The notes under the pieces: model-generated | Database searches by the model: none | The model's input: the letters and a program-made list of their open reading frames with translations, nothing else | What the model was told of the DNA's origin: nothing | NCBI GenBank assembly: GCA_963666275.2 | Contig: CAXXOA010000003.1 | Coordinates: 160,001 to 224,000 of the forward strand | Length of the DNA stretch: 64,000 bases | Direction: 5' to 3' | Source: Oceanispirochaeta sp. | Lineage (GTDB): Bacteria; Spirochaetota; Spirochaetia; DSM-2461 | Made by a program: the position numbers and the translations under genes | Shown here: piece by piece, positions 45,215-53,969 of the stretch | Layout: each line of letters starts with the position of its first letter | How positions within the stretch are numbered: the first letter of the stretch is position 1

Positions 45215-45272
45215 CACATAACATTACTTATTATCCTGTTCAGTATAATTATCCCGTCTATGCAGTGATAAC
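45215..45272 (-). promoter_or_regulatory. attI-like primary recombination site region (continues 47603-47690 beyond IS66)
   Basis: Top strand ...GGATAATAAGTAAT-GTTATGTG core with no attC hairpin; repeated near-palindrome TTATCCTGnnCAGTATAAT at 45231 and 47659. Confidence 0.55.
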
Positions 45273-45285
45273 GTAACCGTCAAAA

Positions 45286-46827
45286 CTACAGGCCCTTGAA
45301 AGCCCTTTTCTGAATAGCTTCCCGGTCACAGTTCCAGGGAAGCAGTTTTTCTTTGTCAAAATCATCTTCCATGACTGCGACCTGATCGAATATCCACCAT
45401 AGATATCCATAGGGATTCAGATCATTCACTTTCGCCGTCTCAATCAAAGAGTAAAAGAGACTACTGGATTTAGCACCCCTCGGAGATCCGGAGAACAGCC
45501 AGTTTTTCCGACCAACCACAAAAGGTTTAATCGCCCGTTCAGCGGCATTGTTATCCGGCGTCAGGTAGGGAGACTCAATAAAACGGACGATTTTCTCCCA
45601 CTGGCCCAAGATATAGGCTATCGCTTTTCCCGTCGCCGTAGACGGCCTAACCTTTTCAGCCTTGTCATCCAGCCAGGATTTGAGGTCATCCAGAAGCGGC
45701 TGAACCAGCTCTTTTCTCCTGTTCAAGAACTTCATATCATCCAAATGCTCATCCCGGAGATTACTTTCAATCCGGTAAATATCTCTGATTTTCTTTACAG
45801 CAATTTGAGCGCTTCCGGCTTTCTTTGAAGCCTTCGCGGCATCTACAAATTTCCGACGGGCATGTGCCAGACAACCGACATGAATGATATCTTCGTTGCC
45901 GTCCAGTGCCGTTTCATAAGCCTGATAGCCGTCAGTCTGGAGATATCCCGAATATCCCTCCAAAAACGCCTTGGCATGCTGAGAACTTCTTGTTTCATGG
46001 TAGTCGTAGATCACAAGGGGTGAGTCCGGAGGCCCTCCCCGGGCAAGCCACATGTAGGATTTTGAGGTGTCCGGACGGTTTTCTTCTCCCAGAACCTGCA
46101 CTGTGGTTTCATCCATCTGGATAACAGGGCCTTCTTTGATCTTCTTCCTAAACATATCCATAAGGAATTGGAGCCTTTCTGCTGATTTATTTGTCCAATT
46201 GGACATGTCTTGGCGGCTGATATGAGCGCCGATACGCTCAAAGCGCTTCTCCTGCCTGTAAAACGGCAGATGATCACAGAACTTATTCACCAAGATAAAG
46301 GCTAAAAGCCCCGAAGTAACGATACTACCGGGAAGGATGGAAGGAGCCGCCGGGGCTACTCTGAAAACCGGTTTGTCTTCATCACCGGAACCCTCACAGT
46401 TCCGGCAGGCATACTTGTAACGGATATGACGCTCCACGTATATCTGCTCGGGGATATGCTGAAGCCTTTCACTGACAATCTCATCAATCTTATCCAGTTG
46501 ATGCCCGCAGCCGCAGATCTTTTCCTCTTCGGGAATGTCATGGATGATGTCCTCCCGGGGGATGTTGCTGTCCAAAGGCTTTCGTCCTGCCTTTGTTCGG
46601 CTATGTGCGGGAACTGTTATCTGATCATCTGCTGCGAATTCTTCCTCAGAAGGAGCCTCTTCTTCAAACAGTTCCTTCTGGTTAGGATCGATTTTCTCGC
46701 TGGAACGTCCAAACTTGCGATGAAGAGCCAGGCGGAGTTCTTCTGTTAATTGCTCAATCTGACCAGACATACTCTGGATGAGTTCAAGTGCTTTCTCTGG
46801 TGATTTTTGTATCTCCGCCAAGTCCAT
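45286..46827 (-). CDS. tnpC: IS66 transposase
   Basis: Identical protein to 32719-34260. Confidence 0.95.
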   Translation of the reverse strand: MDLAEIQKSPEKALELIQSMSGQIEQLTEELRLALHRKFGRSSEKIDPNQKELFEEEAPSEEEFAADDQITVPAHSRTKAGRKPLDSNIPREDIIHDIPEEEKICGCGHQLDKIDEIVSERLQHIPEQIYVERHIRYKYACRNCEGSGDEDKPVFRVAPAAPSILPGSIVTSGLLAFILVNKFCDHLPFYRQEKRFERIGAHISRQDMSNWTNKSAERLQFLMDMFRKKIKEGPVIQMDETTVQVLGEENRPDTSKSYMWLARGGPPDSPLVIYDYHETRSSQHAKAFLEGYSGYLQTDGYQAYETALDGNEDIIHVGCLAHARRKFVDAAKASKKAGSAQIAVKKIRDIYRIESNLRDEHLDDMKFLNRRKELVQPLLDDLKSWLDDKAEKVRPSTATGKAIAYILGQWEKIVRFIESPYLTPDNNAAERAIKPFVVGRKNWLFSGSPRGAKSSSLFYSLIETAKVNDLNPYGYLWWIFDQVAVMEDDFDKEKLLPWNCDREAIQKRAFKGL

Positions 46828-46868
46828 GAGAAAATTCTAACATGTTTGAATTCCATTGGGAAGATGGT

Positions 46869-47216
46869 TTAGACAATCTCTTCATAACTGAGAGTTTGAT
46901 GAGTATGCCAGAAGTCAATACCTTCCAGGAGCATTTTCAACTGTTCCTGGGATATCTGCCTGGCTTGCTCTTCTGAATCCGGCCAGGGGTATTTTCCTTT
47001 TTCCAGGCGCTTCTGCCAGAGACAGAATCCGTTGCGATCCCAGTAAATGCACTTTATCAGCTTGCGGTCCCGGCTGCAAAAGAGGAAAAGGCAACCGGAA
47101 CCAGGGTTAAGTTCCATTTCCTCCTGGGTGATAATGGATAAACCATTGACCTGTTTCCGCATATCGGTGATACCAGGTCTGACGTAGATTTGAATGCTGG
47201 TAAAATCCGGAATCAT
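46869..47216 (-). CDS. tnpB: IS66 accessory protein
   Basis: Identical to 34302-34649. Confidence 0.95.
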   Translation of the reverse strand: MIPDFTSIQIYVRPGITDMRKQVNGLSIITQEEMELNPGSGCLFLFCSRDRKLIKCIYWDRNGFCLWQKRLEKGKYPWPDSEEQARQISQEQLKMLLEGIDFWHTHQTLSYEEIV

Positions 47217-47551
47217 TTTAGGATCTCTTTTAAATCGGCGACAAGACGAATCAGCGAATGAGAATCGTAATCTGATGGAATATTGATCTTATGCCCGGAG
47301 GGGTATTCGATTGAAAATGGGCTTCCTGTAGACGCCTTCAAAACTACTGGAATCCTCACAAGCCCTTTTTCCTTCTCTACTGCTGATTCCTTGCGGATTT
47401 TCATTCTCCAATAGTCGAAGGTTGAAACGGGGATGCTATTCTTCAGGCAGAACTCTGTTCGGTTTAAACTGCTCTTCTCCCATTCATTGATTTTTCGTTT
47501 CCAAATGTCTTTTTTTTCCATGCAGTAAATCTCCTTGTAGAAATTGTGCAT
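47213..47551 (-). CDS. tnpA: IS66 accessory HTH protein
   Basis: Identical to 34646-34984. Confidence 0.85.
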   Translation of the reverse strand: MHNFYKEIYCMEKKDIWKRKINEWEKSSLNRTEFCLKNSIPVSTFDYWRMKIRKESAVEKEKGLVRIPVVLKASTGSPFSIEYPSGHKINIPSDYDSHSLIRLVADLKEILK

Positions 47552-47961
47552 GGAATTCAGATTACATCGTAGGGCATAAGAAATTGACGGTTACGTGATA
47601 ACTCTAAAAACCACAGTTATCTAGACATTCCCGCAGTATAACCAGGCAAATAAACAAGTTATCCTGAACAGTATAATAAACCCATTACCCCTCAATCACC
47701 TTAACTTTTTATAATTTCCCAATCCCGGCAACCCGAATCAGGAGCAAACCCATCTCCCCAAATAGGGATAGGAGGGGAGCCGCAGGCTGTGTTCGAAAGA
47801 ACACCGGAGCCCCGGATAGCCCGGGCCCCGCAGGGGCATTTGCCTTAAAAAATGTAAGGGATAAATCGGATGATTTCTGCAGGAAGGGGAGAAGGAAAAG
47901 GGGAGGGACAGGTCCGGCCGGATAACTCTGGGGGAGGGAACTCCGGACGGGGGGCGGAAAG

Positions 47962-48007
47962 CTAGTACAGATTGTTTATATAGAGAGTGGTACTCCCGGC
48001 AGAGGAG
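47962..48007 (-). pseudogene. 3'-end remnant of an FG-GAP lipoprotein gene
   Basis: Encodes SSAGSTTLYINNLY*, one mismatch from 57831-57876. Confidence 0.75.
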
Positions 48008-48331
48008 ATCAGAACTCAAGATCTTTACATGTGTGGGTTCAGTAGAAGATTGGCTGTCTTTATTTGGAATATTATTCGGCTTTAAATTGAGATACAATAT
48101 TTTCCAGGTAAAAAGAAATATTACTTATCAATCTGTTTAGATAACCAAAAAGAACAACAAGAGGTCCTGAAAATATATGAGTATTGCAAAAAATCAATTA
48201 AAGTGGGGTGAAAAAGAAAAAGCTTGACAAAAAAGGATAACAAAACTTAAGATGACGTATTATTGTCAATACAAATCATTTTTATACCAGAAAAATTTCT
48301 ACTGTAATGGAGAATCCGGAGGGAGAGTCAT

Positions 48332-49345
48332 ATGAAAAAGTTAAAAGTGGGATCTGTAGGCCTGGGACGCCTGGGTTTACAGCATGCTGAAAATATTGCC
48401 ATGAGACTAAAAAATGCGGAGTTGTATGCTCTTTGTGATTTAAATGAATCGCTTCTGAATGAAACAGCTGACAGGTTAAATGTTCCTCATCGATTCACGA
48501 ATTTTGAAGATATGATCAGACTTGCAGAAATGGATGCTGTTATTATTGTTTCGCCCTCCGGGATGCATACAGGCCAGATCTCATCTGCATTAAAAGCGGG
48601 AAAACATGTTTTTTCCGAAAAACCTCTAGGGGTGACTATAGAAGAGTGCAGGGAGGCTGAAAAGTCAGTAGAGAATCACAAAGAGAAAATCTTCATGCTG
48701 GGATTTATGCGGCGATTTGATGAATCCTATATGTATGCCCATAAAAAAGTGTTTGATGGGGAGATCGGCAGACCGGTTCTTTTCAGGTCCTACAGTCAGG
48801 ATCCTGAGAAGTATATTGACGGTGCCATAAAATTTGCGGCCCACAGCGGAGGGCAATTCCTGGACATGGCCGTTCATGATATAGATCTTGCACGGTGGTT
48901 TCTTAAGTCAGAACCTGAAAGTGTTACAGCTCTGGGAGGGTGTTATGCCCATCAGGAGTTTGGTAAATACAGGGATGGAGACAATGTTTCATGCCTGATG
49001 AAATTTGAGAATCAGGCGATGGTCTTCCTGTTTGCCGGAAGAACTGCTCCCCATGGATACAATGTGGAGACGGAGATTATCGGTACTGAGGGGATACTGA
49101 GAATTGCTTCGGTACCTCAGAGGAACCATGTTGAAATTCTGGATCAGCACGGCGTCCGCAGAGAATGCAGCGACAATTTTATTGAACGCTTCGGTTCCTC
49201 CTATGTTAACGAGCTGCAGGAATTTGTGGATTGCATCATTGAGGACAGAAAACCTGAAGTCACCGTTTATGACGGGACCAGGGTTACGGAAATCGCCTAT
49301 AAGTGCAAGGAAGCTTTTGAAACGGGCAGACAGCTGTTTTTTTAA
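48332..49345 (+). CDS. Gfo/Idh/MocA oxidoreductase, inositol 2-dehydrogenase-like
   Basis: GLGRLG, HVFSEKP, GFMRRFD, DMAVHDIDLARW. Confidence 0.88.
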   Translation: MKKLKVGSVGLGRLGLQHAENIAMRLKNAELYALCDLNESLLNETADRLNVPHRFTNFEDMIRLAEMDAVIIVSPSGMHTGQISSALKAGKHVFSEKPLGVTIEECREAEKSVENHKEKIFMLGFMRRFDESYMYAHKKVFDGEIGRPVLFRSYSQDPEKYIDGAIKFAAHSGGQFLDMAVHDIDLARWFLKSEPESVTALGGCYAHQEFGKYRDGDNVSCLMKFENQAMVFLFAGRTAPHGYNVETEIIGTEGILRIASVPQRNHVEILDQHGVRRECSDNFIERFGSSYVNELQEFVDCIIEDRKPEVTVYDGTRVTEIAYKCKEAFETGRQLFF

Positions 49346-49499
49346 TAACGTCCGTTTAGATCTTTACCATTCCTGAGAAGCTCTACAAGGTGTTGCTGGA
49401 AAAAGGCATGGAAAATTGGGTGACAACGTTATATGAAATCAACCCGGTTTTTAGGTGACCAATAAAAATAATTAAGGAGGTGTATAATTTAAAAATCAA

Positions 49500-49559
49500 T
49501 TGACATGAAAAAAAAATCAGCCATAAAATGTTTTTAGATAACTAAAATAGATAACAAAA
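49500..49559 (+). promoter_or_regulatory. sigma70-type promoter with overlapping candidate repressor site
   Basis: TTGACA-18nt-TAAAAT followed by TTTTAGATAACTAAAA near-palindrome. Confidence 0.5.
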
Positions 49560-49652
49560 TAGAGTGGAAACTGCATTTATCGGCCTAATCAACCGATATT
49601 GCTCATCCAGAGAGGTCTTTGTTAACTGAGAAATTTCCAAAAGGAGTGAGAA

Positions 49653-50669
49653 ATGAAAAAGGGACTATGTATTCTTACCATTATGATAGTAAGTTTTATG
49701 ACAGTACCGGTTTTTGCCAATGGTACATCTGAAACGGGAGGGGAAGGATTTCCGGAAAGAACGATTGAAAATATATTTCCCTGGGGACCAGGGTCTTCCA
49801 TGTCGGTGAGCCAGATAATTGCTTCCGCCATGGGTGAGGAATTGGGGGTCTCCATAACCGTTATTTCTACACCGGGAGCTGCCGGTACAAAAGCATTCCA
49901 GACTGCAATGAATAAACCTGCTGATGGTTATACAATCATCGATGGCTATGTAGCCCCCCTTGTCCTTCAGCCGATCCTGGGTAATGCAGACTGGAGTTAC
50001 GAGGATTTCAAACCTCTCCATTCAGCTGCTTCGAATGCTTTCTCCATTGCCTGCAATATTAATGAAACCCGGTGGAATACCTTTGAAGAGATGATGGAAT
50101 ACGGGAAAGCCCACCCCGGAGAACTAAGATACTCAACCGGTTCAAGAAACAATCTGCCCCATATGGTCATCGCCAAGGTTCTGCAGTCTTATGGCGTAGT
50201 CGCTCAGCAGATCCCCTATTCTGTTGCCGGTGACTCTGACAAGGACCTCAAAGCAGGAGTGCTTGATTTCGCCTATCTCAATGTGGGGAATTACCTTACT
50301 GACAAAAAGAGCCTAAAGGTTCTTCTTGTACTGTCTGAATTGCCCGGTGCCAAAGCAACCTTCGACGGAGCACCCAGTTTTGCAGATCTCGATATAGACC
50401 TGGGACTCTCCAATCTCGGGCCCATGGGCTGGACCTGGTGGCTTGTAAGAAAAGATACACCTGATGAAGTAACCGAAATACTGAGACGCGCAATGGACAA
50501 GGTCATGATCCGGGAAGATGTGAGAACTAAAATTGAGAATCTTGGTTTTGTACCACTCGACTGGGGGGATGAAAAGTATGAATTGATTATCGGTTCCGTT
50601 CATGATCAGCTGATGACCATGGGAGATGCCCTGAAATGGGAACAGGAACAGTTAAATAAGCTGAAATAA
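49653..50669 (+). CDS. tctC: Tripartite tricarboxylate transporter substrate-binding protein
   Basis: FPER.I..IFPW.PG, PGAAG, KPADGYT, HPGEL, DTPDEV. Confidence 0.85.
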   Translation: MKKGLCILTIMIVSFMTVPVFANGTSETGGEGFPERTIENIFPWGPGSSMSVSQIIASAMGEELGVSITVISTPGAAGTKAFQTAMNKPADGYTIIDGYVAPLVLQPILGNADWSYEDFKPLHSAASNAFSIACNINETRWNTFEEMMEYGKAHPGELRYSTGSRNNLPHMVIAKVLQSYGVVAQQIPYSVAGDSDKDLKAGVLDFAYLNVGNYLTDKKSLKVLLVLSELPGAKATFDGAPSFADLDIDLGLSNLGPMGWTWWLVRKDTPDEVTEILRRAMDKVMIREDVRTKIENLGFVPLDWGDEKYELIIGSVHDQLMTMGDALKWEQEQLNKLK

Positions 50670-50685
50670 AGGAAAGGAAGATTTT

Positions 50686-51198
50686 ATGACAAATCGTAAG
50701 CGGGCGGAATGGCTGGTGATGGTTTTTTTCGCAGCCCTGATACTATTAGTGTTTCAGCAGATAATGACTGATATGACTGAACGAGGTATTGCCAGCGGCG
50801 GACCCTATAACAATGCTGCCTCATATCCGAGGGCTGTGGCGGTAATAATAGGAATACTCTTGATTGTTCAGCTTCTCTTGCGATTTTTTTCAAAAGACAA
50901 GCGGACAGGGAATATGCGCAACAATGAAGCAATTTCAGGGATTTCCCTGTCAGGCTTGAAAAGGCCTGTACTGCTCCTGGTTATTTTCGCCGCTTACTTA
51001 TGGGCTCTTGGATTTCTGGGATATTATATTTCCACGCCTTTCATGATGATGGGGATCATATTCCTGACCGGTTTAAGAAAACCTGTTCAGATCGTTCTGT
51101 CGAGTTTTATTACCACTTTTATTCTGGCGTTTGTATTTGAGTCTTTTCTGAAGATCGTGCTTCCGGGTGGAATCTTCAGATTGAATATGCCCTGGTAG
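50686..51198 (+). CDS. tctB: TTT small membrane subunit
   Basis: YPR motif, LGY..ST, F..FL..VLP.G. Confidence 0.85.
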   Translation: MTNRKRAEWLVMVFFAALILLVFQQIMTDMTERGIASGGPYNNAASYPRAVAVIIGILLIVQLLLRFFSKDKRTGNMRNNEAISGISLSGLKRPVLLLVIFAAYLWALGFLGYYISTPFMMMGIIFLTGLRKPVQIVLSSFITTFILAFVFESFLKIVLPGGIFRLNMPW

Positions 51199-51209
51199 GA
51201 AGGATATTT

Positions 51210-52736
51210 ATGCTGCTTGGTTCATTAGGTGCGGGTTTGTCTCTGTTTTTTTCACCACTTGCGATTTCCCTTACTTTTCTGGGGGTTGTATTTGGTTTGA
51301 TCGTGGGAGCTCTTCCGGGGCTCGGACCCCTGATGGGAATAATACTGATGCTTCCTGTTGCGGTGACTCAACCTCCGGTAGCCGCAATGGGATTCTTAAT
51401 TGCCATATTTGTGGGAGGCTCCTGCGGGGGATCCATTTCAGCGATACTGCTGAGAATTCCGGGAACTCCTCTTGCGGCGGCCACCCTTCTTGACGGATAT
51501 CCCATGGCTGAAAAAGGAAGAGCTGCTGATGCCGTGGGAATCGCCATTTCAGCATCTTCCATAGGAGGTCTGCTCGGGGGAGTGATCCTGATTCTGTTTG
51601 CACCGATGCTTGCCAGGTTTGCCAGCCGTTTTGCTCCTCCCGAATATGCTGCACTGGCTGTAACAGGTTTGATCGCCATATCCGTAATATCAAAAGGATC
51701 CCTCATAAAGGGGCTTTTGTCAGGATGTCTGGGACTTCTTCTTGCAACAATAGGTACGGATGAGTTTTCAACAGGGTACCGTTTCACATTCGGGTCCTAC
51801 AACATGCTCAATGGATTTCATATTGTCGCCGTTGTGGTTGGTCTCTTCGCAATCTCGGAGATGGTTTTTCAGATCATGGGAAACGATCTTAATAAGAAAC
51901 CGGATATCAGTGTCTTTAAAGCCAGTTTCAGATCTGTACTGATTGTACTGAAGCATTGGGGAAATCTTATCCGCTCATCCGTCATTGGAGCTTTTTTCGG
52001 TTCCCTGCCGGGGGCGGGCGGAGTCATCAGTTCCTTTACAGCCTACGCCCTGTCCAAGGCTCTGGCCAAACCGGATGAACACTATGGAGAAGGCGAAGAA
52101 GGAGGCGTCGTCACAACAGAGAGTGCTAACAATGCCACAGTGGGAGGAACTCTCATACCGACCCTGGCTCTGGGAATCCCCGGCGATGCCACTTCGGCTG
52201 TACTGCTGGGGGCTCTGCTGATTCTCGGTTTTTTCCCGGGGCCCACACTGTTTGAGTATCACCAGGAAATTGTAGGGGGAATATTCCTTGTCTACCTGTC
52301 ATCAAATCTTTTTCTGCTTATTGTTGGAATCTTTGCGACGCCTCTTTTTATCTATGTGCTCAGAATCAGGAAATCCTATTTGATTCCTACAGTTTTACTT
52401 TTATGCGCTATAGGGACATTTGCCCTCCAGGCCTCTGTTTTTGATCTCTGGGTGATGCTGGCATTCGGCCTTTTGGGAATACTGTTTCGTATTGCCAGGT
52501 TTCCCCTTGCTCCCATAGTCATTGGAACGATTCTCGGCCCCCTGCTTGAAAACAATTTCAGGCGCTCTCTTCTTCTATCCGAAGATGGGATAAAGATCTT
52601 TCTTCAGAGACCTGTATCGGTTATCCTCATAATTATTAATTTGCTTATGTTTGCCGGTTCCCTGTGGTTTACTCTGCGGCATAAAAATGAGAGCGATAAA
52701 AAAATAAAAGAAGCACCGGCAGGAATTGAAGGGTAG
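51210..52736 (+). CDS. tctA: TTT large membrane subunit
   Basis: GALPGLGP, GGSISAILLRIPGTP, LDGYPMA.KG, ESANNA. Confidence 0.93.
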   Translation: MLLGSLGAGLSLFFSPLAISLTFLGVVFGLIVGALPGLGPLMGIILMLPVAVTQPPVAAMGFLIAIFVGGSCGGSISAILLRIPGTPLAAATLLDGYPMAEKGRAADAVGIAISASSIGGLLGGVILILFAPMLARFASRFAPPEYAALAVTGLIAISVISKGSLIKGLLSGCLGLLLATIGTDEFSTGYRFTFGSYNMLNGFHIVAVVVGLFAISEMVFQIMGNDLNKKPDISVFKASFRSVLIVLKHWGNLIRSSVIGAFFGSLPGAGGVISSFTAYALSKALAKPDEHYGEGEEGGVVTTESANNATVGGTLIPTLALGIPGDATSAVLLGALLILGFFPGPTLFEYHQEIVGGIFLVYLSSNLFLLIVGIFATPLFIYVLRIRKSYLIPTVLLLCAIGTFALQASVFDLWVMLAFGLLGILFRIARFPLAPIVIGTILGPLLENNFRRSLLLSEDGIKIFLQRPVSVILIIINLLMFAGSLWFTLRHKNESDKKIKEAPAGIEG

Positions 52737-52739
52737 TCT

Positions 52740-53951
52740 ATGTTCAGGAAATTCAGTGAAATCAATGAGTTCAGGGTTACGGAAAAATCTGTATACCTTC
52801 TAATCCATCAGAAAGGACCGATTGCAAAGAGCGCCATAGTAAAGGAGCTCGGTGGATCTCTCACAAATATTAACCGGTTTATTGCGGAACTGGAAAAAAC
52901 TGAATTGATTACAGGGAGCAAAGGAAGCGGAAGAAAGGCGGGTGAATATACCATCAATCCAGATGCGGCATATTCCATCGGAGCCTATCTGAACGGTGAT
53001 GTCATCGGTATAGGCCTCTGTAATATAGGAGGGCAGGTTCTTGAATCGGTGGAAGAACTCTATTGTGATTTTAAAACTCCCGAGAAAGTTATAGGTTTTT
53101 TTGCTGAGACCTGGAAACAGCTTATCAGTCACATTGATAAAGAAAAGTTACTCGGTACGGGAGTTGCCGCGGTCGGACCACTGGATAATGACTGCAGAAC
53201 GATTCTTGTCCCCGAACAGCTTTCCGGTTGGAGAAATGTGCCTATAGCCGATATGTTTGAGAGTAGAATACAATCGCCGGTCAATATCGATTATTTTGCA
53301 GAAACGATTCTGATGGGTGAATTACTCTTTCAGAAACATGATCTGAACAAGGACATAGGCCTGCTATGGCTGGATGCAGGCATCGGTCAATCCCTTTACA
53401 ACAGGGGGAAGTCGAATCAGTATCATCGGGATCAGAGTTTTTTACTGGCCCATCAGGTTATCAATTTTCTGGGAATGCCCTGTGTTTGCGGCCGACGCGG
53501 ATGTCTTCACACCTATGGAACAATTTCCTCATTAAGAAGAAATCTGGAGCCCTTTATAGAATCCCATAATGATATGAATGATGAGGATGAACAGAAATTC
53601 AGAGAAGATCCCTGGCAGTACTCATCGGATTTCGAAAGGATACTAAAAGCGATTGAATCCAGTCAGAATAAACCCCAGATAGATTACATCCTTGAGGAGA
53701 TGAAAGAGGCCTATCTCGCAGCCCTTGGAAATTACATCTACCTGTTAAGGCCGGAAGAGCTGATTTTCTGCGGTAAAATGGCATTCAGATTCAGGGATAT
53801 GTTTGAGGATATTCTCAGGAAAATAGGACACAACTCGGGATACTACCCGAAAACGGAACTCTCAACTTCCTGGATGCCTCTTGGAAGTGAGAAGATGATT
53901 CAGGGCGGAGCTGCCCTCGTATTCAATAAATATATGAATTTTACCGTATAA
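52740..53951 (+). CDS. ROK family transcriptional regulator
   Basis: N-terminal wHTH, GVAAVGPLD, C.CGRRGCL zinc motif. Confidence 0.88.
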   Translation: MFRKFSEINEFRVTEKSVYLLIHQKGPIAKSAIVKELGGSLTNINRFIAELEKTELITGSKGSGRKAGEYTINPDAAYSIGAYLNGDVIGIGLCNIGGQVLESVEELYCDFKTPEKVIGFFAETWKQLISHIDKEKLLGTGVAAVGPLDNDCRTILVPEQLSGWRNVPIADMFESRIQSPVNIDYFAETILMGELLFQKHDLNKDIGLLWLDAGIGQSLYNRGKSNQYHRDQSFLLAHQVINFLGMPCVCGRRGCLHTYGTISSLRRNLEPFIESHNDMNDEDEQKFREDPWQYSSDFERILKAIESSQNKPQIDYILEEMKEAYLAALGNYIYLLRPEELIFCGKMAFRFRDMFEDILRKIGHNSGYYPKTELSTSWMPLGSEKMIQGGAALVFNKYMNFTV

Positions 53952-53969
53952 ACCCGGAGACAGTTAAAG

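Larger units (their letters stand above)
22645..45222 (-). mobile_element. Integron-type gene cassette array (6 cassettes), no intI in window
   Basis: attC sites at 23924, 25400, 26049, 30677, 43935. The two core sites of each intact cassette are complementary: GTTCTACAG/CTGTAGAAC, GTTATCTAGC/GCTAGATAAC, GTTATGTAT/ATACATAAC, GTTATGTG/CACATAAC. Cargo is AT-rich. Confidence 0.88.
45273..47594 (-). mobile_element. IS66 family element A, copy 2 (2322 bp)
   Basis: Same IRs and identical proteins as copy 1; 8-bp duplication GTGATAAC. Confidence 0.95.

Noticed and set aside
22645..45222. CRISPR array or prophage
   Set aside because: No regularly spaced short direct repeats, cas genes or phage structural genes; the repeats are attC-type hairpins.
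47738..48097. 119-aa ORF as an integrase remnant
   Set aside because: No tyrosine-recombinase motifs; it overlaps a duplicated non-coding/FG-GAP tail segment.
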